Shown: piece after piece, positions 9,142 through 17,892 of the stretch
Position numbering within the stretch: position 1 is the stretch's first letter
Layout: each line of letters begins with the position of its first letter
From: Flavobacteriaceae bacterium
GTDB taxonomy: Bacteria > Bacteroidota > Bacteroidia > Flavobacteriales > Flavobacteriaceae
Assembly: GCA_021647835.1 (NCBI GenBank)
Contig: JAKITY010000001.1
Span: forward strand, 8,718-72,717
Direction of reading: 5' to 3'
Length of the DNA stretch: 64,000 bases
The notes under the pieces: generated by a model
Database searches by the model: none
What the model saw: only the letters and a program-made list of their open reading frames with translations
Told to the model about the DNA's origin: nothing
Translations under genes and position numbers: made by a program

Positions 9142-9149
9142 CAAAGATA
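9142..9149 (-). promoter_or_regulatory. Bacteroidota sigmaA -7 element for the sRNA candidate
   Basis: TATCTTTG matches TAnnTTTG. Confidence 0.7.
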
Positions 9150-9220
9150 CTGATTTTTTCAATCACTATACTTTTTTTAATTTCTTTTTTATAGTCTTTC
9201 AATTATTTCCTAATTGATTG

Positions 9221-9228
9221 TATCTTTG
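9221..9228 (+). promoter_or_regulatory. -7 element of lysS
   Basis: TATCTTTG about 35 nt upstream of the ATG. Confidence 0.7.
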
Positions 9229-9262
9229 CTAATTGTAATCATCAATCTATAAAAATTTTAGA

Positions 9263-10960
9263 ATGCAATTATCAGAATTAGAAATTGTAAGACGCGAAAA
9301 ACTTGTAAAATTACGCGCCTTAGGTATCAATCCGTATCCAGCAGATTTATTTCCTGTAAGTCATACTTCTGAAGAAATTAAACAGCAGTACAAAGAAGGA
9401 GAAAAAGTAATTATTGCAGGAAGACTAATGGCAACTAAAATTCAGGGAAAAGCATCTTTTGCGCAATTACAAGATAGTTTTGGTAGGATACAAATATATT
9501 TTAATCGTGATGAAATTTGTCCTGATGATGATAAAACATTATACAATGAAGTCTTTAAAAAACTATTAGATTTAGGAGATTTTATTGGAATCTCAGGCGA
9601 ATTATTTACTACAAAAGTAGGCGAAATATCCGTAAGAGTAAAGGAGTTTAAGTTGCTAAGTAAAGCCTTAAAACCATTACCATTACCAAAGGAAAAAGAC
9701 GGAGTTGTATATGATGCTTTTACAGATCCAGAAATGCGTTATCGACAGCGTTATGTAGATTTGGTCGTAAATCCACACATAAAAGAAGTCTTTATAAAAA
9801 GGTCTAAACTTTTTGCTGCAATGCGAAGTTTTTTTAACGATGCTGAATATATGGAAGTGGAAACGCCAATTCTACAACCAATTCCTGGTGGCGCAGCAGC
9901 AAGACCATTTATAACGCATCACAATAGTTTGAATGTGCCAATGTATATGCGAATAGCCTGCGAATTGTACCTTAAAAAGGTGTTAATTGGCGGTTTTGAT
10001 GGCGTGTATGAGTTTGCAAAAACCTTTAGAAATGAAGGAATGGACAGAACGCACAATCCAGAATTTACAATGATGGAAATCTATGTTGCATACAAAGATT
10101 ACAATTGGATGATGGATTTTACCGAAAAATTATTAGAACATTGTGCAATTGCTGTAAATGGAACTTCAAAAGTAACTTTTGGCGAACATAAAATAGACTT
10201 TAAAGCGCCATACAAACGTGTTACAATGCGTCAAGCAATTATTGATTTTACCGATTTTGATATTGACGGAAAAACAGAGCAAGAGTTATTTACAGCAGCA
10301 AAAGGAATGGGAATTGCTGTGGATAATACAATGGGAAAAGGAAAATTGATTGATGAAATTTTCGGAGAAAAATGTGAAGCAAATTACATCAACCCTACTT
10401 TTATTATGGATTATCCTAAGGAAATGAGTCCTTTATGTAAAGAACATCGAGATAATCCAGAGTTAACAGAACGTTTTGAATTGATTGTTTGCGGTAAAGA
10501 GTTGGCAAACGCTTATTCTGAATTAAATGATCCAATTGATCAACGAGAGCGTTTTGAACACCAACTACAATTAGCCAAAAAAGGAGATGATGAAGCAACG
10601 GAGTTTATTGATGAAGATTTTTTAAGAGCCTTAGAATATGGAATGCCTCCAACTTCTGGCTTAGGAATTGGAATGGATAGATTGATTATGTTTTTAACTA
10701 ACAATGCATCTATTCAAGAAGTGCTTTTCTTTCCACAAATGAAACCTGAGAGGCGAATTTCTTCAGATGTTATTTTAAATGAGGAAGAAAAAAAGGTTCT
10801 TGCAATTGTTCAAAAGGCAGAAAAAATTGATTTAAGCGAATTAAAATCTCAAAGTGGATTGAGCAATAAAAAATGGGATAAAACCATTAAAGGATTAACC
10901 AAAAACAACCTTGCAAAAGTTGAAAAAACAGATGAGGGTTTGTTTGTAGAGATTATATAA
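9263..10960 (+). CDS. lysS: Lysine--tRNA ligase (class II) with C-terminal extension
   Basis: RYRQRYVDL, GGAAARPF, FRNEG..HNPEF and YGMPPTSGLGIGMDR motifs, plus ~65 extra residues after FPQMKP. Confidence 0.98.
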   Translation: MQLSELEIVRREKLVKLRALGINPYPADLFPVSHTSEEIKQQYKEGEKVIIAGRLMATKIQGKASFAQLQDSFGRIQIYFNRDEICPDDDKTLYNEVFKKLLDLGDFIGISGELFTTKVGEISVRVKEFKLLSKALKPLPLPKEKDGVVYDAFTDPEMRYRQRYVDLVVNPHIKEVFIKRSKLFAAMRSFFNDAEYMEVETPILQPIPGGAAARPFITHHNSLNVPMYMRIACELYLKKVLIGGFDGVYEFAKTFRNEGMDRTHNPEFTMMEIYVAYKDYNWMMDFTEKLLEHCAIAVNGTSKVTFGEHKIDFKAPYKRVTMRQAIIDFTDFDIDGKTEQELFTAAKGMGIAVDNTMGKGKLIDEIFGEKCEANYINPTFIMDYPKEMSPLCKEHRDNPELTERFELIVCGKELANAYSELNDPIDQRERFEHQLQLAKKGDDEATEFIDEDFLRALEYGMPPTSGLGIGMDRLIMFLTNNASIQEVLFFPQMKPERRISSDVILNEEEKKVLAIVQKAEKIDLSELKSQSGLSNKKWDKTIKGLTKNNLAKVEKTDEGLFVEII

Positions 10961-11213
10961 CACATTTATAAAACTTGACTTTGTTATTTATTTTGACTAA
11001 CTTTTACGTTATTCGAACGATAAAGTTCATTAAAACGAAAATTTATCTTAAACCGTTACCCACAATCTTCCTACTAAAAAATCGAGTTGAGTTTTTTTGC
11101 TAACGAATTTCAAAAAGGGATAAATATTTAAACTGGTAATAATCAGTCAATTAAATTTGACGTTAGTTGGAAGCAAAAAAACAATCACTTCGATTTAATG
11201 ATTTTAGAATAAA

Positions 11214-11276
11214 TGCTAACTTTAGTCTGTTGTGCCTAAAGAATACTAAAGTTATCTTTGCATACTTTAGTTAGCA
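11214..11276 (+). promoter_or_regulatory. Putative C-box array and -7 promoter of the controller gene
   Basis: ACTTTAGT (11219-11226), ACTAAAGT (11245-11252) and ACTTTAGT (11264-11271) surround TATCTTTG (11253-11260). Confidence 0.6.
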
Positions 11277-11507
11277 ATGAATTCTAAAGAGAAAATATTA
11301 ATAGGTTTTGGTGAAAATATCCGAAAAATTCGAAAAGAACAAGGATTATCCCAAGAACAATTGGCATTTAAAGCAGACCTACACAGAACATATATAGGTA
11401 TGATTGAACGTGCCGAGAAGAATATTACACTCTTAAATATTGTAAAGATTGCTAAAGCATTAGATATAAATATTACGGAGTTATTTTATGGGAATAAAAA
11501 TAAATGA
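11277..11507 (+). CDS. XRE-family HTH, R-M controller (C) protein
   Basis: GLSQEQLAFKADLHRTYIGMIERAEKNITL is typical of C proteins; overlaps the start of the endonuclease gene. Confidence 0.9.
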   Translation: MNSKEKILIGFGENIRKIRKEQGLSQEQLAFKADLHRTYIGMIERAEKNITLLNIVKIAKALDINITELFYGNKNK

Positions 11508-12066
11508 TTTTGTTCTTCTTAAAGAAGGAACAAAAGGAATCGAACTAAATTCTGTCGGTTTAGTTAAAGATATTAAAAATGGAATATTTTTTGTTTTTTT
11601 TGTAAAAAATCAATCTATAATTGAAGTTTCAGAAAAAGCAATTTCATTTTTAGAAATAACTAAAACAGGAAAACCCTACGAATTCAAGATTTGCAATGTT
11701 TGTCATATTTTAAAAGAAGATTTTAAAGACTTTGAAATTAATCAAACTGACTCAAAAGGTCGAAAAACCACAAGACCAAGTTGTAGAGAGTGTAGAAAAA
11801 ATATTGACGGAATAAGTCTAAAAGGTGCAGAAAAGAAAAAACTTGACGATATTAAACCAAAGCATTTTTTTGTGTGTCCAATCTGTGAAAAAGGTTCAAT
11901 TCCAGGAGTTACTGCAAATCTTGTAAGAGATCACGACCACGAAACAGGAAAAGCGAGAGATTGGTTATGTGATAGTTGTAATACGGGATTAGGTAGATTT
12001 AAGGATAATATTGAACTATTAGAAAAAGCAATTAATTATTTAAAAAAATATTCTAACCAAATTTAA
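11488..12066 (+). CDS. Hpy99I-family type II restriction endonuclease (beta-beta-alpha-Me, probable CGWCG)
   Basis: CNVCHILK, FEINQTDSKGRKTTRPSCRECRKNIDG, CPICEK and DHDH..G..R.WLCDSCNTGLGRFKD match my recollection of R.Hpy99I; four CxxC pairs. Confidence 0.9.
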   Translation: MGIKINDFVLLKEGTKGIELNSVGLVKDIKNGIFFVFFVKNQSIIEVSEKAISFLEITKTGKPYEFKICNVCHILKEDFKDFEINQTDSKGRKTTRPSCRECRKNIDGISLKGAEKKKLDDIKPKHFFVCPICEKGSIPGVTANLVRDHDHETGKARDWLCDSCNTGLGRFKDNIELLEKAINYLKKYSNQI

Positions 12067-12838
12067 GTTCTTGTTTTAATAAACCAACTCTTCTTTTTGA
12101 CAATTCAGTATATTTTTTAGAAATATCCATACCTATAAAATTCCGGTTATTTAAACTTGCCATTTTACAGACAGTTCCTGAACCGCACATTGGATCAAAA
12201 ACCAAATCATTTTCATTTGACCAAGACAAAATGTGTTCGTGTGCTAATTTTTCAGGAAAAATCGCAGTATGTTCAAAGGCAAATCTATCATTAGTTGAAC
12301 CACCCAAACCAACAGCGTATTCCCAAATATTAATACGTGTTTTTTCTTTATTCAATTTACCCAAAACTTTGTTATTGATACCATCTGCTTTTTTATTAAC
12401 AGGCATTTTTTCAAGACCTTGTCTAACAGTTGGCACTTTTAAAGGATTAAAAGTTTTGGGTTTTCCTTTCGCAAAAACAAACATATACTCAAAACAATTT
12501 GTATAAGCATTTGACCTCATAAATGGTGTGTTTTTCTTTTGGTAAATCATTACATCGTGAACATTAAAACCTACATTTTGAAAACATAATGCGTGTTTAA
12601 AACTTGTTAATGTCTTATTTCCATTTTTGGTTCTATCCCCAACAACCCAAACAACGATACCACCTTCTTTAACAACTCTAAATAATTCTTTAGCAACTTC
12701 CTCATATTGAAAATCATAACCATTGTAATTTCTTAAATCATCATATGGTGGAGAAGTAACTACTAAATCCACAAAATTATCTTGCATCTCTTTCATTCCT
12801 TCAACACAGTTTATATTGTAAATTTTGTTTGTTTTCAT
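12053..12838 (-). CDS. Beta-class amino DNA methyltransferase (probably N4-cytosine)
   Basis: Catalytic TSPPY precedes the SAM-binding FDPMCGSGT; HTAIFP motif. Convergent with the REase; own TATATTTG promoter at 12877-12884(-). Confidence 0.92.
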   Translation of the reverse strand: MKTNKIYNINCVEGMKEMQDNFVDLVVTSPPYDDLRNYNGYDFQYEEVAKELFRVVKEGGIVVWVVGDRTKNGNKTLTSFKHALCFQNVGFNVHDVMIYQKKNTPFMRSNAYTNCFEYMFVFAKGKPKTFNPLKVPTVRQGLEKMPVNKKADGINNKVLGKLNKEKTRINIWEYAVGLGGSTNDRFAFEHTAIFPEKLAHEHILSWSNENDLVFDPMCGSGTVCKMASLNNRNFIGMDISKKYTELSKRRVGLLKQELKFG

Positions 12839-13101
12839 TTGATAAATCTATTTTACTGGTTGCTAATCTTAGTATGCAAATATAGTGTTTTTTTTAAAAA
12901 CAATAAAATGTTAAAGTCTGTGGGTAGCAAAATGTAAAAATAATTGCAGGTATTGTGCTAAATTTAAAGTTTGTGTCTTTGAATAAAGTTTAGTGACAAA
13001 ATCAAGATAAGTGTTTTAAAAGTCCGCAACTACGCATATTAAAAACCAATAAATAAAATTAAACAATACACCGCAAATATGTTTTAATAACAATACCACA
13101 T

Positions 13102-13136
13102 AAAAAAAAATGCCCCAAATTTTGGAGCATTTTTTT
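13102..13136. terminator. Bidirectional intrinsic terminator
   Basis: A9-TGCCCCAAA / TTTGGAGCA-T7. Confidence 0.8.
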
Positions 13137-13160
13137 ACAATCAAATTTACTGTGCTTTTC

Positions 13161-14813
13161 CTACAATCCTAACACTTCAACTCCTTGCTCAAAAATAACA
13201 TCTACAGGAATACCCATTGTTCCAAGCCTATCTAAATCGGCTTGTAAGTCTTTTGAAATAACACCTTTTTCGGCAACCAATTTTGCTACGCCATCATAAT
13301 CTCCATTTCCTTGTAAGGTTAATATTACATTTGATAAATCTTTCATTGCAATTTCTAGTTTGTCAAAATTCACTTTGTAAGTTCCTTCTTCGCCTTTGGT
13401 AAACGCTCCTTTTTCTTTAAAGAAATTGAAACGAATCATATTTGCTTTTCCGTGTGCCGATGATGCGCCAAAACGTATGGAGCGAAAAATACTTGCCATA
13501 AAGGTAACCATATTGTCTTTGAAATCTTCGGTTAATTCGCCTTTGTTTGTTAATTGCTGAATCATATACAATCCTAAAACATCGGCTTTTCCTTCTTCTA
13601 ATGCACTTGCATGCTCTTTCAATGAATTTCGTACTGTTCCTTTTCCGTTAAGCGTGTTTTTTATTCCTAATCCGTGCGCAACTTCGTGAAACATTGTATT
13701 GGCAAAAAACGCATCGAAAGTAATGTGTTTACGCTGACTTTTATCAATTAAAACTTCAGAAATCGGAACTAATATTTTATCGAATTTTGCTCTCATTGCA
13801 TTTTTTAATTGCAATCTTCGTGTTCCTTTTTGCAGTTGTACTTCTTCATCATTTGGCAAATTAATTGCAATCGTTTTGCTTCCAGAATTACAATCTCCTG
13901 CGTAAAAAACTACATCATAAGCGTTTAAGTCAGAATCTGTTCCGGGAACTTCTTGTTTGTATTTTGTGTCAACTGGCAAGCCTTTTTGCAATTCAGGTAA
14001 AAAAGCGCTGAACTTTGCTAATTTTTTACTCCATTTTTGATCTTTAATTAGTACATACGCTTCATGCGCAGCCTTGTTTCCAAACAGATGATCTTCATAG
14101 GTTTCAATAGGACCAATTACAATATCTAAGGTATTAGTTTTCATGTCCATCCAAGCCAAATCGCTTGCTTGATATCTATCATCCAATAATGCTTGTGAGC
14201 GCAATTTTAAATATTTTTTTAGTCCTACATTATCGGCTAATTCTGATGCTTCTATCAGTAATTCTGAAACTTCCTTTACCTCTTTTTTAAACTGAATATG
14301 ATATGGAATTGCATATAATTTTCCATTTTCATCTCTTCTTACAAACGCGTATAAACTTCCTTTATGTTCAAAATCTGAGGCTTCCCATTCTTCTTTTGTC
14401 ATGTCCTTTGGATAGTAGTTTGCTCCTAAAGGTTTGTCGGGAAAGGTGTCAACGAATGATTTATTTCCATTCAATCTATCCCAAGGACCGTAATTTATTT
14501 CTACAAATCTCTTTGTATCAGCATCAGAAATAGAATTTAATAAGGCTTCTTTATCGCCATAAGATTCATACCAAAACAGGTCGTTCATTTTGTTTGCTGC
14601 TTTTATTAAAATTGGCAACATTTTGCGTTCGTTTTCTGTAAGTTTAGCTACATCAGCAGTTAGTCTTACAGTTACATATTTATGTAAGTTTTTCTTCATT
14701 TCCGAAGTGTTTTGTTCAAAAGTTATCTTTTTTATTGATATTCTTGAATCGTCTTTTGGCTTACAAGAAAATAAAAATAATGGTACTATTAAATATGCGA
14801 TTCCTTTCTTCAT
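13161..14813 (-). CDS. Dipeptidyl-peptidase III (M49)-like Zn hydrolase, lipoprotein
   Basis: Lipobox LFSC, INYGPWDRL, IAINLPND, HEVAH and EEGKAD motifs. Confidence 0.85.
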   Translation of the reverse strand: MKKGIAYLIVPLFLFSCKPKDDSRISIKKITFEQNTSEMKKNLHKYVTVRLTADVAKLTENERKMLPILIKAANKMNDLFWYESYGDKEALLNSISDADTKRFVEINYGPWDRLNGNKSFVDTFPDKPLGANYYPKDMTKEEWEASDFEHKGSLYAFVRRDENGKLYAIPYHIQFKKEVKEVSELLIEASELADNVGLKKYLKLRSQALLDDRYQASDLAWMDMKTNTLDIVIGPIETYEDHLFGNKAAHEAYVLIKDQKWSKKLAKFSAFLPELQKGLPVDTKYKQEVPGTDSDLNAYDVVFYAGDCNSGSKTIAINLPNDEEVQLQKGTRRLQLKNAMRAKFDKILVPISEVLIDKSQRKHITFDAFFANTMFHEVAHGLGIKNTLNGKGTVRNSLKEHASALEEGKADVLGLYMIQQLTNKGELTEDFKDNMVTFMASIFRSIRFGASSAHGKANMIRFNFFKEKGAFTKGEEGTYKVNFDKLEIAMKDLSNVILTLQGNGDYDGVAKLVAEKGVISKDLQADLDRLGTMGIPVDVIFEQGVEVLGL

Positions 14814-14906
14814 TTTATATTTTAATATTTAAGTGATTTTCAAAGTTAAACCTTTTCTAATTTATTTAGTCATAGATATATAAAAAAATTATAAAAACCA
14901 ATTAAA

Positions 14907-15380
14907 ATGAAAAAACTAGTAATTGTATGTGTTGCATTAATAACGCTTAATGCACAAGGACAAAAGGACGTAATGTTGTTTCAAAAGAACACAAAAAAGG
15001 AGTTTATAGAAAACTTGACACCTCAAGAATTTTCAGAATTAAAAACCAAAAAAATGACTTTACGATTAGATTTAACGGAATCTCAACAGGACGAAATTCA
15101 AAAAATACATTTCCGAAATGCTATAGATCGAAAATTTAAAAAAGAAGAACGTAGAAAAAAAGGAGCGCAAATAAAAGCCTTAAAACTTTCAAAGGAAGAG
15201 CGCCTACAAATGATGAACAATCGATTGGACAAGCAAATAGAAATGAAAAAGCAGTTTAGAGAAGTTTTAAATGAAAAGCAATACGAAAAATGGGAAAAAA
15301 GGCATGAATATAAAGCAAGAAAGATGAAGAGTCGTGGGAAAAGAAAAGGAATGAAACAAGGCAGAGAAAAGCGTCAATAA
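14907..15380 (+). CDS. Secreted helical protein, Spy/CpxP-like
   Basis: Signal peptide, MTLRLDLTESQ and VLNEKQYEKW (LTxxQ-type motifs), K/R/M-rich. Confidence 0.7.
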   Translation: MKKLVIVCVALITLNAQGQKDVMLFQKNTKKEFIENLTPQEFSELKTKKMTLRLDLTESQQDEIQKIHFRNAIDRKFKKEERRKKGAQIKALKLSKEERLQMMNNRLDKQIEMKKQFREVLNEKQYEKWEKRHEYKARKMKSRGKRKGMKQGREKRQ

Positions 15381-15384
15381 ATTA

Positions 15385-15440
15385 GTCTAACGAGTCGAGT
15401 TGAGAAGTGCGAAACAGTTCTCGACTCCGCTCGAACGGAC
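15385..15440. repeat. REP-like palindrome (same family as 5936-6046)
   Basis: CGAG..GAGTTGAGAA / TTCTCGACTC..CTCG arms between convergent genes. Confidence 0.7.
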
Positions 15441-15449
15441 AACCTTTTT

Positions 15450-16238
15450 TTATTCCAAACTTGTTAAATACAATTTTTGTCCGATAGAAATATCATTATT
15501 ATCAATTCCATTTATTTCTTTTAATTTAGCAACTGACAATTTGTATTTCCTAGAAATGGAGTATAGTGTATCTCCTTTTTTTACAATATGCGAATCTTTG
15601 CTTTTAACTTTAATTTCATCAACTGTTTTTCCTAAAGCAAGTGCATCATACTCATATAATCGATTTTCTTCAATAATCTTAATCAATTTTTTTGGATATT
15701 TTTTGTCGGTTGCATATCCTGCTTTTTGCAATCCTTTTGCCCAACCTTTGTAGTCTGTAATTTTTAAACGAAATAAATTCATATAACGTTTACGTCCATA
15801 TAGAAAAAGTGAATGATCTCTAAATGAGTAGCTTGGGTGTTTATAAACTCTAAAGCATTCTCCTTTTTCGTCATCATCATGATAGGTTTTTCCACCTTTC
15901 CAACCTTTATGGCATTTGATACCAAAATGGTTGTTTGATCTTGCCGATAATTGACTTTTCCCACTACTAGATTCTAAAATTCCTTGTGCTAACTTAATAC
16001 TTGCAGGAATTTTATACAGTTTCATTTCCTCCATTGCAAGATTACTATAGGTGTTTATATATTTTTGCTTTGCACTTACTATTCCTATTGTAGGCGTTAT
16101 TTTTATAGGAGTTTCGTTGGTAGGTTTGTCAATAATTACTTCTTTTTTTGCTGGTTTTTTTGTTGTTGTCGTTTTTCTTTTTGAACCACAACTTGCTAAA
16201 AAAAGGGACGCTATTAAAAGGATACTTATTTTTTTCAT
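15450..16238 (-). CDS. Glucosaminidase (GH73) + LysM peptidoglycan hydrolase, lipoprotein
   Basis: LASC, AQGILES, NNHFGIKC and GYATD motifs; LysM HIVKKGDTLYSIS. Confidence 0.93.
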   Translation of the reverse strand: MKKISILLIASLFLASCGSKRKTTTTKKPAKKEVIIDKPTNETPIKITPTIGIVSAKQKYINTYSNLAMEEMKLYKIPASIKLAQGILESSSGKSQLSARSNNHFGIKCHKGWKGGKTYHDDDEKGECFRVYKHPSYSFRDHSLFLYGRKRYMNLFRLKITDYKGWAKGLQKAGYATDKKYPKKLIKIIEENRLYEYDALALGKTVDEIKVKSKDSHIVKKGDTLYSISRKYKLSVAKLKEINGIDNNDISIGQKLYLTSLE

Positions 16239-16246
16239 TCTTATTT

Positions 16247-17176
16247 TTATACTATTATCAAACTGTTTTTCTTCTTCAAAATTATATTCATTCCATCAAT
16301 TCCTTGTAATCCTCCTGTGTGAATTGCTAGAATTTTTGCGCCTTTTTCAAAAACCTCTTTGTTGATTAAATTTACGATTCCAAACATCATTTTCCCTGTA
16401 TAAATTGGGTCTAACGGAATTTCGGTTTCTTTTTTAAATTGATTTATAAACGCAATCAACGTTTCAGAAATTTTGGCATAACCTCCAAAATGATAGTCAT
16501 TATTTAATTTCCAATTTTTATTTGTTTTGGTATATTTTTCTATTTCTGATGTTAAAAAACTACCTTTCAAAGCAGGAAATCCTATTATTTTTTGATGTTT
16601 TTTTGCCGAATTTATCAATCCAGAAATTGTTCCTCCAGTTCCAACTGCCACACAAATATAATCGAATTTTTCGGTTTCGCTATTTAAAATTTCTTCACAG
16701 CCTTTCACTGCCGATTTGTTGGTTCCTCCTTCGGGAACTAAATAAAAATCACCAAATTCATTTTTCAACTTCTCAAGAAAACCTTCTGATGTTTTTTCTC
16801 TATAATCGGTTCTTGAAACAAATTTGAATTGCATTCCGCAGTCATACGCAAATTTTAATGTTGGGTTGTTTTGTAATGTTTTCTTTAAATCAATTCCCAA
16901 TTCATCGCCACGAATAATCCCAATTGTTTTAAAATCATACTGTTTTCCTGCGGATGCAACTGCCGAAATATGATTTGAAAATGCACCGCCAAAAGTCAGC
17001 AAAACTTTTTTATTTTCTGATGTTGCTTGAACTACATTGTATTTTAACTTTCGATATTTATTTCCCGAAATTTCGGGATGAATTAAATCTTCTCGTTTTA
17101 TATACAATGAAACGTCTTTCTGAGTGATTTCAGAAAACGCAATTTTTTGTAATATGCTATTTTTTGTGTTTGGCAA
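16247..17176 (-). CDS. ACC deaminase / D-cysteine desulfhydrase family PLP enzyme
   Basis: KREDL, SGNKYRKL, GGAFSNH, GTGGT, DPIYTGK and HTGG motifs; TTG start. Confidence 0.92.
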   Translation of the reverse strand: MPNTKNSILQKIAFSEITQKDVSLYIKREDLIHPEISGNKYRKLKYNVVQATSENKKVLLTFGGAFSNHISAVASAGKQYDFKTIGIIRGDELGIDLKKTLQNNPTLKFAYDCGMQFKFVSRTDYREKTSEGFLEKLKNEFGDFYLVPEGGTNKSAVKGCEEILNSETEKFDYICVAVGTGGTISGLINSAKKHQKIIGFPALKGSFLTSEIEKYTKTNKNWKLNNDYHFGGYAKISETLIAFINQFKKETEIPLDPIYTGKMMFGIVNLINKEVFEKGAKILAIHTGGLQGIDGMNIILKKKNSLIIV

Positions 17177-17254
17177 TTGATTTTATAAGGTAGTTAATCA
17201 ACAAGGTTAAGACTTTGCCTATCGTAAGTCTGAATACTTGTTTGTTATAAAATA

Positions 17255-17569
17255 TTATTTTTCGTTCTGCAATATTCTTAAAAGTTTTTTTGGGTCTTGT
17301 CTGTTATCCCAAAATGCCATAACTATAATTTGTTGAGTAGTAATTTTGTAATAAATGCTAAAATTTCTTAATGAGGCGACTCTAACGTCTTTAAAATTTG
17401 TTGATTTGTAAATAAATGGTGCTGCTGTAATTTGCAAAGTCCTTTCTGTAACTAGTTTCAAAAGTTTTTTCGAAAAATTATTAGACTTGTTCTTTTTAAC
17501 CCAATATTCCAAAACACCTACAAACTGAAGGTCAGCAGTTCTTGCCCAAACTATATTGCGTTTAGCCAT
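17255..17569 (-). CDS. RelE/ParE family toxin
   Basis: 104 aa, basic, N-terminal IVW, FSIYY and C-terminal FWDNRQDP. Confidence 0.85.
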   Translation of the reverse strand: MAKRNIVWARTADLQFVGVLEYWVKKNKSNNFSKKLLKLVTERTLQITAAPFIYKSTNFKDVRVASLRNFSIYYKITTQQIIVMAFWDNRQDPKKLLRILQNEK

Positions 17570-17793
17570 TCAAGATTTCGTTTATTCATAGCATCTTGAG
17601 AAATGAGTTTTCCTGCTTTTATATCGTACTCACTCATTTCTAACATTGCTTTTTGTTCGTAGGTTAATTCAACAATTTCTAATTCAGATTTGCTTGATGA
17701 GATTAATTTATCAAGTGTCATCAAAAAGTCTTTGTTTTTAATGGAAAGAATTTTGTCGATTAATCCAGTTCTTATTTTGTCAACTGTTGCCAT
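17551..17793 (-). CDS. Putative antitoxin
   Basis: 80 aa, upstream of and overlapping the toxin by 19 nt; DIKAGKLIS...EWL tail. Confidence 0.75.
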   Translation of the reverse strand: MATVDKIRTGLIDKILSIKNKDFLMTLDKLISSSKSELEIVELTYEQKAMLEMSEYDIKAGKLISQDAMNKRNLEWLNAI

Positions 17794-17892
17794 TTTAGTA
17801 TTGATTTACATTTCAAATATCCGAAATTTAATTGATTTTCACTACTATTTTACAATGATTTGATAAAATCAGTATCGTATCAAATCAAAAAA

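Larger units (their letters stand above)
11055..13046 (+). mobile_element. Putative gene-cassette-like insertion carrying the C/R/M module
   Basis: Begins with GTTACCCACA (11055-11064). The near-perfect complement TGTGGGTAGC (12919-12928) opens an imperfect ~120-bp palindrome (TAATTGCAGG / CCGCAACTA). It lies between lysS and the next terminator. Confidence 0.5.

Noticed and set aside
9036-9262. Lysine riboswitch, T-box or tRNA upstream of lysS
   Set aside because: The structured unit is on the opposite strand and upstream of the lysS -7 box; no cloverleaf or T-box consensus is visible.
16247-17176. Calling the PLP enzyme a true ACC deaminase (acdS)
   Set aside because: Family motifs are shared with D-cysteine desulfhydrases; specificity cannot be assigned by eye.
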